Positions 47,250 to 55,373 of a DNA stretch of 58,620 bases are shown here, one piece after another; the stretch's first letter is position 1, and the number at the start of each line of letters is the position of its first letter. The translations under genes and the position numbers were made by a program. This DNA is from Limisphaerales bacterium (GTDB lineage: Bacteria; Verrucomicrobiota; Verrucomicrobiia; Limisphaerales; UBA11358): positions 1 to 58,620 of the forward strand of contig PLAY01000182.1 in NCBI GenBank assembly GCA_003134375.1. Reading direction: 5' to 3'. The notes beneath the pieces were generated by a model. That model saw only the letters and a list, made by a program, of their open reading frames with translations, had not been told where the DNA came from and searched no databases.

Positions 47250-48722
47250 GTGCTAAAGCTCACCGCCCAAGACTTTCATCGCCGATATGCTCCTACCGAG
47301 TGCGATCTGCGCATCTTTCTGCGAGAACGCGGCGTCGAGGAATCGCCACCCTCGGAATTTGAGCAAGTCCTCATGCGCCTGGGCCAGCGTTATGAAGCAA
47401 AACATCTCGCCACATTTCCTGAAGCTATTGATCTGCGGTCGTTCGAGTCAGACAAGCGGTTTGAACAAACCGTGGCACTCGTAAAAGATGGCTGTCCGGT
47501 CTTGTATCAGCCGGTTTTGAAAGTTCAAAAACCGCTCGACGATGTTGAAAGCGAATTCATTGGCGAGCCTGATTTTCTTCTACGGGAGAGAGATGGTTAC
47601 ATCATCCGCGATGTCAAAATGGCGCGGCGAGTTGACGAGGGACATCATCCAGAAATCGTGTTTCAATTGCAGTTCTACGGCTGGCTTTACGAACAGGTTT
47701 TTGGCTTGCCTCCGATCAGGCTCGAAGCCCTGAATGGTCAAGGTGACATCGTTCCTATTCCGTCTAACCATCAAGCCGTGCTCGCTGAATTACGGGCGTT
47801 GATTCGCCTGAAACGATTGTCGCAAGAACCATACGAACCTGTTGGGTGGAGCAAATGCATCGGCTGCGGGTTTCGTGACCATTGCTGGCCGAAGGCGGTA
47901 ACAGCGAAGGACGTTGCCCTGGTCTATGAGATTGATCAAAGCCTTGCTGCGGAATTGCATGAACACGGAGCAGCAAGCATCTCGCAACTGGTGGAGCATT
48001 TCAATGCAGACAGCTTGAGCGGATTAAAACGCCCGTGGGGGAAAAAGTTCCAAAAAGTCGGCAAAAGAGCCGCTATGATTTTGCAGCGGGCGCGCGTGAT
48101 GTTGTCGGGACAGGAGGTTGTTCTTCATCCGCCAATCATCCCGCATCATGAACATTACGTCATGTTCGACTTGGAGGGGATGCCCCCGCACCTGGATGAA
48201 CTCGACAAAATCTATTTGTGGGGAACGCAGGTGTTTGGAAAAACCCAAGGCAAGTTCATGCCTGCCGTATCTGGTTTTGGAGACAACGGCGACCACGAAG
48301 GCTGGAAACAATTCCTGACAAATGCCCAATCCATTTTCCAGCAGTTCGGCGACATTCCGTTCATTCACTGGCACCATTATGAAAAAACCCATTTGGACGA
48401 CTATGTGGAACGCTACGGCGACGCCGAAGGGATCGCCGCCCGTGTCCGCCGGAATCTGCTCGACCTGCTGCCCATTGCACGGGACAGCGTGTTGCTGCCG
48501 TTGTCGAGTTACAGCCTGAAGGAAGTTGAAAAATACGTAGGGTTCAAGCGCAGCCAGACCGAATACGGCGGTTCATGGTCCATTGCCAAATACATCGAAG
48601 CGACCGAAACCCTCGATGAAAATTCCCGCAACAAATTGATTGGCGAAATTTTAATTTACAATCAGGAAGACCTGGCGGCGACTTGGGCAGTCTTTGAATG
48701 GCTGCGGGCGAAGGCATCTTGA
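47250..48722 (+). CDS. TM0106-family RecB/Cas4-like nuclease with C-terminal RNase H-like domain
   Basis: GEPDFL..DVK..QLQFY, CIGCGFRDHC, FDLEG, YSLKEVE, YNQEDL. Confidence 0.85.
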   Translation: MLKLTAQDFHRRYAPTECDLRIFLRERGVEESPPSEFEQVLMRLGQRYEAKHLATFPEAIDLRSFESDKRFEQTVALVKDGCPVLYQPVLKVQKPLDDVESEFIGEPDFLLRERDGYIIRDVKMARRVDEGHHPEIVFQLQFYGWLYEQVFGLPPIRLEALNGQGDIVPIPSNHQAVLAELRALIRLKRLSQEPYEPVGWSKCIGCGFRDHCWPKAVTAKDVALVYEIDQSLAAELHEHGAASISQLVEHFNADSLSGLKRPWGKKFQKVGKRAAMILQRARVMLSGQEVVLHPPIIPHHEHYVMFDLEGMPPHLDELDKIYLWGTQVFGKTQGKFMPAVSGFGDNGDHEGWKQFLTNAQSIFQQFGDIPFIHWHHYEKTHLDDYVERYGDAEGIAARVRRNLLDLLPIARDSVLLPLSSYSLKEVEKYVGFKRSQTEYGGSWSIAKYIEATETLDENSRNKLIGEILIYNQEDLAATWAVFEWLRAKAS

Positions 48723-48853
48723 TGAACACCTCTGAAACACCACACGCAGGCATGTTATGCTTTTTGAAGAGAAGACGGCTGGTGGAAGTCGAAATCGGCG
48801 CAAAGCACGAGCTGCGGTCTTGCCAGACAGCAAACAAGTAAGTTCAATTGAGT

Positions 48854-50566
48854 ATGCTTCTTTATCACCTTTGCATCGAGCGATTCCGAGGAATCCAAAC
48901 ACTCGACTGGCACGTTGGCGGGCGGATCGTTTGTTTGGTAGGACCGGGAGACTCCACCAAGACCGCAGTTTTAGACGCGATTGAAATCGTTCTGTTTCCC
49001 CGTCCGTTTTTTCAATTCACAGATGCTGATTTTTTTAATGGCGATATTTCAAATCCGCTCCGCATTGAAGCGACCGTCGGCGACTTGCCGCCAGACCTGA
49101 TCAAAGAGGAGAAGTTTGGGCTGTGGAAACGTGGTTACGACGGACAGATTAGAGACGAACCATTAGCTGGCTGTCAGGACGTTCTCACTCTTCGTTTGAC
49201 GGTTGATCCGAATCTCGAACCAACATGGGAGATTATCAAAGATGCAATGGGTGAACCGAAGCTAATTTCCGCCAAAGACAGGGAAAAGCTGGGCATGGTG
49301 CGCTTGGGTGATGAAATCGAACGTCATCTCACTTGGGCACGTGGGTCGGCTTTGAATCGCCTGACTGAAGACCACGATGCGACTGGCAAGATGTTTGTTA
49401 CCGCAGCAAGAGAGGCGCGGAAGACTGTGGCTGCGGCTGAACTGGCCGAGTTGAACAAAGCGGCCAAGCAAGCAAGTGAGGCAGCCTCGTTGTTTGGCGC
49501 AAATATCGGCGATACTAAGGCTGGCCTTGATCCCATTGCATTGTCACTTGGCAGTTCCGCTCTTGGGTTGCAGACAGGCGCAATTCCCGTGAGACAATAT
49601 GGTCTCGGAACACGGCGTCTGGCCGCGCTGGCGATACAACAGCAAGGCGCTGGAAAGAATCAAATTCTTCTGACCGACGAGATTGAACACGCCCTCGAAC
49701 CACACCGGATACGCCACCTCTTGAAATTATTCGTGACGGCTGGCGGAGCGGAAGAACGAAGCACCGGACAAGTTATCTTTTCCACCCACTCGCCCACGCC
49801 AATCATGGCCCTTGGCGCGAGCAAACTTCGCATCGTGCGTTCCACGAATGGGAAAACAACCATAACTCCTGTTCCAACGAGTTTGCAAGCGGTCGTCCGA
49901 TCCCAAAGCCTCGCTTTCTTGGCGCGCAAGGTGATTGTTTGTGAAGGAAAAACAGAAGAAGCCGTCGTTCGCAGTTTGGAATCAGTTTGGGGGGAACGGC
50001 ATCAGCATAAGTCTTACGCATTACTCGGGGTCGTGCCCGTCGTGTCCAGCACCGGAGGTGGTTCGAACGCTCATCCAGCAGCACAAAGTCTCCGGTCGCT
50101 GAATTTCAATACGGCTTTGTTCTGTGACACTGACGTTGCGACAACACCCTCAAGCGCCGAGCTTCGCCAAAATGGCGTTTCGGTGTTTGAGTGGGACGGA
50201 AAAATGAGCATTGAGGAGAGAATCGCTCAAGACTTGCCCCTGACAGATTTGCAAAAGCTTTTGATGCTCGTGTTTGAAACCAAAGACGACGACGGTAAAA
50301 GAAGTTTGCTACAGAGTCTTGCCGACCGCGCCAAGAAACCGGAAGCCGCGACCGTCGGTTCAAATTTGCAGTTGTGGCTGCAAGGCGGTCTGTCAGAGCC
50401 GGATTTGCGATTGGCCTTGGGGAAATGTTCAAAGGCTGATGGGTGGTTCAAGAATCTCAACGATGGCCAATTGCTCGGAAAGGTGATTGGCGAAACCTTG
50501 CCAAAAATTCCTAACAGCAGCTTGGCTAAAACATTGAACGGACTCGAAGCTTGGATTTATGGCTGA
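48854..50566 (+). CDS. gajA: Gabija GajA-like OLD-family ABC ATPase-TOPRIM nuclease
   Basis: IERFRGI, GPGDSTKT, DEIEHALEPH, STHS, VCEGKTE, DTD. Confidence 0.8.
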   Translation: MLLYHLCIERFRGIQTLDWHVGGRIVCLVGPGDSTKTAVLDAIEIVLFPRPFFQFTDADFFNGDISNPLRIEATVGDLPPDLIKEEKFGLWKRGYDGQIRDEPLAGCQDVLTLRLTVDPNLEPTWEIIKDAMGEPKLISAKDREKLGMVRLGDEIERHLTWARGSALNRLTEDHDATGKMFVTAAREARKTVAAAELAELNKAAKQASEAASLFGANIGDTKAGLDPIALSLGSSALGLQTGAIPVRQYGLGTRRLAALAIQQQGAGKNQILLTDEIEHALEPHRIRHLLKLFVTAGGAEERSTGQVIFSTHSPTPIMALGASKLRIVRSTNGKTTITPVPTSLQAVVRSQSLAFLARKVIVCEGKTEEAVVRSLESVWGERHQHKSYALLGVVPVVSSTGGGSNAHPAAQSLRSLNFNTALFCDTDVATTPSSAELRQNGVSVFEWDGKMSIEERIAQDLPLTDLQKLLMLVFETKDDDGKRSLLQSLADRAKKPEAATVGSNLQLWLQGGLSEPDLRLALGKCSKADGWFKNLNDGQLLGKVIGETLPKIPNSSLAKTLNGLEAWIYG

Positions 50567-51971
50567 GTCCCTGGCAGTCCACCTAGCGAACCACAAATGC
50601 GCCTCAGTGGTCGCGCCTGCCGGTTGTGGAAAAACCTATCTGATTTCCGAGTCAGTCTCACATACTAAGGGTTGCCAACTCGTCCTTACGCACAGCCATG
50701 CGGGCAAAAGTGCAATCACAACACGCATGCGTGACATGCGCATTCCAGTGGACCGCTACCGCGTGGAGACTCTCGACTCCCTGGCGCTGAATTACGCGCG
50801 GGCCTTTCCAAAGCTGGGGGAAGTGACGAAGGAATCATTGGAGTCTTTCAATTGGCCAGCGATTTGCCGAGGCGCAGCCAAAGCACTCGGAAAGACGCCT
50901 GTGCAGAATGTTATCCAAGCCACCTACACAGGCATCTTTGTGGATGAGTATCAAGACTGCGACAAACCTCAGCATGAGCTTGTTGTTTCCCTTGCGCAGC
51001 TTTTGCCGTGCAGGATTTTAGGTGATCCGTTACAGGCGGTTTTCAGACCACTGCATAAAGGAGAAGCCCTTTCGTGGCCGGACGCAATCAGTGCGTTCCC
51101 CCAAATCGGAACTCTTTCGACACCGCACCGGTGGAAGAATTGCAATCCCATTCTTGGTGAGTGGCTGCTGCATGTTCGGCAAAGCATCGAAAAAGGCGAC
51201 AGTGTTCCACTCCGCAATCATGGTGTTCCCGGATTAAGTGTAATCCAAACGAGCGACTACGTTCGCAAATTGACCGAGTGCCACAAGTTTCTTGATCAGG
51301 AGGAAGGTCGTATTGTGATCCTGCGGAAGTTCCCGAACGAGTGCCATGCGCTCGCTTCGAGACTTCAAAATCGTTGCGCTGTCTTTGAGGACATTCAATT
51401 GGGGGAACTCGAAAAACCAGCGAATGAAATCTTCAGACTCACCGGGCTTGATAGGACGAAAGCTGTAAGTAAATTCGCGCATCGGTGGCTCACAAACATC
51501 CCCGGCGCAGTAAAGAATGCTTGCGACCGATTGCTCACAGGAAAAGACCCCAGAACGAAGGACCCGCAAGCAATCGCCATAATCGCAAGGCTCAAGCAGG
51601 TGACGGAATCGAATGAACTTCTCGTCGTTGATGAAGCTTTGGCGCAATACGAAAAGTGCAAACCCACCTTCAAAAGTATTGAAGTCTGGAAAGGATTGCG
51701 GAAAGCGATTCAGGCTTACGATCCAAGCGAGAAGCTCACTCTGCTACAAACTGTTCAACGCCAGCGGGACACTCTTCGGCGTCTCGGTCGCAAACTGCCA
51801 ACCCGAAGCATCGCAACCCCGCTTCTTGTAAAAGGTTTGGAATGTGAGCACGCGCTGGTTTTCGATCTCGACACCATCGAATCCAACGAGAGCCTGTATG
51901 TGTCGCTGACAAGAGCATCCGCTACGCTCACCTTGCTTACAGAAAATGACTGCATTGCTCCCTTCGTTTGA
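50559..51971 (+). CDS. gajB: Gabija GajB-like UvrD helicase
   Basis: APAGCGKT, VDEYQDC, LGDPLQ, KGLE, YVSLTRA; overlaps gajA. Confidence 0.8.
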   Translation: MAESLAVHLANHKCASVVAPAGCGKTYLISESVSHTKGCQLVLTHSHAGKSAITTRMRDMRIPVDRYRVETLDSLALNYARAFPKLGEVTKESLESFNWPAICRGAAKALGKTPVQNVIQATYTGIFVDEYQDCDKPQHELVVSLAQLLPCRILGDPLQAVFRPLHKGEALSWPDAISAFPQIGTLSTPHRWKNCNPILGEWLLHVRQSIEKGDSVPLRNHGVPGLSVIQTSDYVRKLTECHKFLDQEEGRIVILRKFPNECHALASRLQNRCAVFEDIQLGELEKPANEIFRLTGLDRTKAVSKFAHRWLTNIPGAVKNACDRLLTGKDPRTKDPQAIAIIARLKQVTESNELLVVDEALAQYEKCKPTFKSIEVWKGLRKAIQAYDPSEKLTLLQTVQRQRDTLRRLGRKLPTRSIATPLLVKGLECEHALVFDLDTIESNESLYVSLTRASATLTLLTENDCIAPFV

Positions 51972-51986
51972 TAATTTGACTCCTCT

Positions 51987-52085
51987 TGCGGCTCGGCGGC
52001 GACGTTACCCTCCGGCTGCGATTCGCTAAACGCTTCTCTCCGCCTCCGCTCCACTTCCTTCGCTCGCCGACCGCAGACCGAAGCC
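51987..52085. repeat. Structured inter-cassette repeat, copy R5 (hairpin B only, 5'-truncated)
   Basis: tgcggctcggcggcg...ctcgccgaccgcagaccgaagcc, starting 16 nt after the gajB stop. Confidence 0.85.
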
Positions 52086-52120
52086 AGCTAATCCGCATAC
52101 GCGGGCAAGGTGCTGAATTC

Positions 52121-52165
52121 GCCAATCAGTGATTGGCCAATTCCAGATTTTTCAATCACTGATTG
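52121..52165. promoter_or_regulatory. Twin palindromic sites CAATCA-S-TGATTG, 30 bp apart
   Basis: GCCAATCAGTGATTGGC at 52121-52137 and CAATCACTGATTG at 52153-52165. Confidence 0.6.
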
Positions 52166-52202
52166 TAAAATTGCGAGCCATTCGGCTTGTCGCCTGGACA
52201 GC

Positions 52203-52343
52203 GCGATGAAACCTTGCTTGATTGTATGGCGGCGTCGGTCGCGTCAAGGATTCTACGGGTCGCTCACTTAGATGCTCGCGCTTCCGTTCCTCCTGTGACC
52301 CGCCCGCCGCCGCCGGGGAGTTTTGCCTCTAGGTTTTCATCGC
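52203..52343. other. Long imperfect hairpin with promoter-like boxes in one arm (Frpo/ssi-like candidate)
   Basis: gcgatgaaacct/aggttttcatcgc, ggcggcg/cgccgcc, gtcaagga/tcctgtgac, acgg/ccgt; - strand TTGACG-15-TACAAT. Confidence 0.5.
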
Positions 52344-52422
52344 CGGAATCTGTCTGCTCGAATGAAGATTTAACCGGTTTGCCATAATTCTACGCTGTTA
52401 TTTCTTCGCGCTTTTGCGTTAA

Positions 52423-53286
52423 ATGGGTTCATTGCTGAATTATGCGATTGTCGGTCTTGTGAATAAAACGATTGAAAAAGCCTATCACCGTAATGGTCAA
52501 CTGCGTGAAGAAGTGCCGTTGCGCATCGGTCGCAGGCATGGCGTTGTTCGTGTCTGGCACAAAAACGGGGTCCTAGCCAACGAGGAGCGCTATCAAAATG
52601 GTCTGCTTCACGGCGTCTGTCGCCAGTGGAATGAAGCCGGACGGTTGCTGGGCGAATATCGCATGGCTCATGGCACGGGCGTTCAACGCACCTGGCACGA
52701 GAATGGCCGGTTGCAATTGGAATTTTCCACCGTGCGCGGTGATTTTTCAGGACGCTATCGCTTGTGGTTGCACGATGGCGCATTGCTGTCCGAGGACATT
52801 TATTTGCACGGTCGTTCCGTGAACGCCGAGCAATATCACGCGGCCCGCGCAAAAGACAAATCGCTGCCCATTCTGAACGGCGAGTTCGTCAAGCCTTTGC
52901 CCGAAACCATCGCCACGGATAAACACGCCCATGAAGTTTTCGTCCGTTTCCTTTTGGCGCACAAGCGTTGTTCCGAGGCGCGGAAGTGGCTTGAAAGCGG
53001 CGGCAAGGCCGTGCGCTCGCTTGGACGATTCAAACGCAAGGATGATGCCTTGAAATTTGTTGCCGCGCTTTACGAAGCAGGCGCGACCGAGGTGATCGCG
53101 CCCGACATCTACGATGGCAAAGCCGGCGCTCAATTCGCTGATTGTCTTTTGGTGAAGCTGCCGAAATTTGCTGCCAAGCGGAAAGCCATCCGCAAAGTTT
53201 GCGGGCAGTTGTCGAAGCGCAAACTTGGGGCTTTTCTGCCGGACAAAGACTTTGGCGAAACGCATCTGTATCTTTCGCTGGCCTGA
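52423..53286 (+). CDS. MORN-variant repeat protein (YwqK-like)
   Basis: Repeats YHRNGQL, WHKNGVL, WNEAGRL, WHENGRL; start codon uncertain. Confidence 0.75.
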   Translation: MGSLLNYAIVGLVNKTIEKAYHRNGQLREEVPLRIGRRHGVVRVWHKNGVLANEERYQNGLLHGVCRQWNEAGRLLGEYRMAHGTGVQRTWHENGRLQLEFSTVRGDFSGRYRLWLHDGALLSEDIYLHGRSVNAEQYHAARAKDKSLPILNGEFVKPLPETIATDKHAHEVFVRFLLAHKRCSEARKWLESGGKAVRSLGRFKRKDDALKFVAALYEAGATEVIAPDIYDGKAGAQFADCLLVKLPKFAAKRKAIRKVCGQLSKRKLGAFLPDKDFGETHLYLSLA

Positions 53287-53287
53287 G

Positions 53288-54196
53288 TCACAGCACAATC
53301 AGGCAGTCGCGCATTTCGTCCAAGGTCAGCGCGCCGCTGGCCGGGCGTTCTTGCAACAGGCATTCCGACACGGCATCGCCGACCAGCTTCTCAACCGCGT
53401 CGCGCATCGGACGCGCTCCCAGCTTCGGATGAAAACCTTTGCGCACGAGAAACGGCAAAACCGTTTTGTCCAGTTCGAGTTTGTGTCCGCGTTCCCGGAG
53501 GAATTCGATCTCACGCGCAATGAATTTCTCCGCAATCTCCAACTGGTGTTCGTAACCCAGACGACGAAACACCAGTTTTTCATTCACGCGCGCGAATATT
53601 TCCGGGCGCAGGGATTGTTGCGCCCGCGTGAGGACGTGACGTTCCAGCGTCGCGTCATTGGAATGTTGGAGGCTCATCAATTCTGCCGAGCCGATGTTTG
53701 ACGTGAGCCAGATATAATAGTTGCTGAAGTCCAGCGTCTGACCGGTCGCCACCGTGATCCGCGCCGCGTCCAGCAGTTGCAGCAGGATGTCCAGCACACG
53801 CGGGTGCGCTTTTTCTGCTTCGTCAAACAGGAGCGAGCCTTCTGCCGCGCGCTCGCGCACTCCGCCCAAATAACCAACTTCGCCAAGCCGTGCGCCGAGC
53901 AGCAGGCCGAGCGATTCTTGATTCTGAAACTCCGACATATCGAAGCGGAATAATTGTCCCGGCCCGAAAATTTGATTTGTCGTCACAATCACCGTTTCCG
54001 TTTTGCCGACGCCCGTCGGCCCGAGCAGCAGAAAACTTCCGCGCGGACGGCCGGGCTTCGTCAGGCCGAATTCGCCGCGTTGCACCGCTGAGACGATGCG
54101 CGGCAGCACTTGGGACTGCCCGCGGATTTCGTGTGGCAGCAGCGCGTTCAGTTTCTGGAGCTTGTTAAGTTTGTTTGTGTCTATGTTTTTATTCAT
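53288..54196 (-). CDS. Stand-alone ClpA/ClpB second AAA+ (D2) domain protein
   Basis: GPTGVGKTET, RFDMSEF, FDEAEKAHP, TSNIGS, GARPMR; no N-domain or D1 ring. Confidence 0.85.
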   Translation of the reverse strand: MNKNIDTNKLNKLQKLNALLPHEIRGQSQVLPRIVSAVQRGEFGLTKPGRPRGSFLLLGPTGVGKTETVIVTTNQIFGPGQLFRFDMSEFQNQESLGLLLGARLGEVGYLGGVRERAAEGSLLFDEAEKAHPRVLDILLQLLDAARITVATGQTLDFSNYYIWLTSNIGSAELMSLQHSNDATLERHVLTRAQQSLRPEIFARVNEKLVFRRLGYEHQLEIAEKFIAREIEFLRERGHKLELDKTVLPFLVRKGFHPKLGARPMRDAVEKLVGDAVSECLLQERPASGALTLDEMRDCLIVL

Positions 54197-54328
54197 CCCC
54201 CACTTCTAGCAGGAATCCTTTTTTAAGATGTGTGCCACGCACGCCATCGCGGTTTTTACTTCAGGCAGAGTAGGCGCGTAATGCAGCGAATGAATCGCTG
54301 ACCGAAACATAAAAACAAAACAACGCGT

Positions 54329-54688
54329 ATGAAGATCATCAAACACATCCATCCGAAAATCCGTTCGCGGCTGCCGTCGTTCCTCGTGGCCGCCGCCGTC
54401 CTAGCCCTTAACACCATCCCGGCTTGGGCGCAGTCCACCACGTTCAGTTCCACCGACCTCAAGACCGGCATCAGCAACAGTCTCGCCGTAATCATGATGT
54501 TCGGTTTCGTGCTCGGCATTTCGTGCGTCATCTACGGCGGCTTCGCCATCCGGCGTGGCGACGTTGACCAGGGCAAGATGTCCATCATCGGCGGCGCAAT
54601 CATCGCGGCTGCTCCGGCGGTCATTTTCGCCTTCTTCAAAATCTTCGGCCTCGACTCCAACAGCGCCGTCGGCGTCGGCACCTTCTAA
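54329..54688 (+). CDS. VirB2/TrbC-like conjugative pilin
   Basis: Signal peptide ending PAWA-Q, two hydrophobic helices; first gene of the VirB4 operon. Confidence 0.7.
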   Translation: MKIIKHIHPKIRSRLPSFLVAAAVLALNTIPAWAQSTTFSSTDLKTGISNSLAVIMMFGFVLGISCVIYGGFAIRRGDVDQGKMSIIGGAIIAAAPAVIFAFFKIFGLDSNSAVGVGTF

Positions 54689-54723
54689 ACCTGCACCGCA
54701 CCAACCCCCAACCGCCCACGAGC

Positions 54724-55071
54724 ATGAAATCCGAACTGCGATTCACCGAAACCAACGCCGCGACCGATTCCAAAGGCCGCACCTGGGGTCTGGAAGGCGG
54801 CTTGTTCTGGTGGCTCGTGGGCGGTGTCGGCGTGGCCATCACGGTGTTCTTCGTCCTGCTCGTGATGATGAACACCTCCTTGTTGACGGCCTTCCTCGCC
54901 GCGCTCGTGCCGCTCGGTATTTGCCTCGCCTACATTTTCGGTTTCCGTCAAGGCAAGCCGCCCGGCTACGACCGCGATTGTTTTGAACATTGGTTTTCCG
55001 GCGGCGGGTTCGCCCCCGAAATTCAAACCATCCACTCATGCAAACATCCATTGGTGGAGGCCAGACCATGA
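54724..55071 (+). CDS. VirB3-like two-TM membrane protein
   Basis: Two TM helices then GKPPGY; lies between the pilin and VirB4. Confidence 0.6.
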   Translation: MKSELRFTETNAATDSKGRTWGLEGGLFWWLVGGVGVAITVFFVLLVMMNTSLLTAFLAALVPLGICLAYIFGFRQGKPPGYDRDCFEHWFSGGGFAPEIQTIHSCKHPLVEARP

Positions 55072-55370
55072 ATGCCGGCGCACTGAATCATCTTGAATTG
55101 CTGCGGCGGACGTTGCTTGGCCAGCTTCAAACTGCCGATGTCAATCTGCGCGCCGGGCTGCACCAGCACGGCATGGATGCCATCGTCCGCGCCCATCTGG
55201 AACGGGCGCTCGCCCACATCCGCGAAGCCTCCATCGCGGTCAACGAGCAAACCAAAGTCCGCACCGTTCAGGAACTGGCCGACCAGCTTTCGCGCATTGA
55301 ACAAATGCAGGCCGACCTGCGCGCCCAACAAACGCCCGCTGACGAACCCTCAACCTCAATCCATGTCTGA
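55068..55370 (+). CDS. Hypothetical helical protein in the T4SS operon; start ATG 55068
   Basis: GGAGG RBS and ATGA overlap with the upstream gene. Confidence 0.6.
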   Translation: MNAGALNHLELLRRTLLGQLQTADVNLRAGLHQHGMDAIVRAHLERALAHIREASIAVNEQTKVRTVQELADQLSRIEQMQADLRAQQTPADEPSTSIHV

Positions 55371-55373
55371 CCT

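Noticed and set aside
48722-48841. 39-aa ORF coupled to the TM0106 stop
   Set aside because: No recognisable motif; insufficient support.
26613-52085. Repeats R1-R5 as a CRISPR array or classical integron attC sites
   Set aside because: They are too long and kilobases apart, with no cas genes. There are no RYYYAAC/GTTRRRY cores at the stem ends and no IntI in the window, and the modules are multi-gene with mixed orientation.
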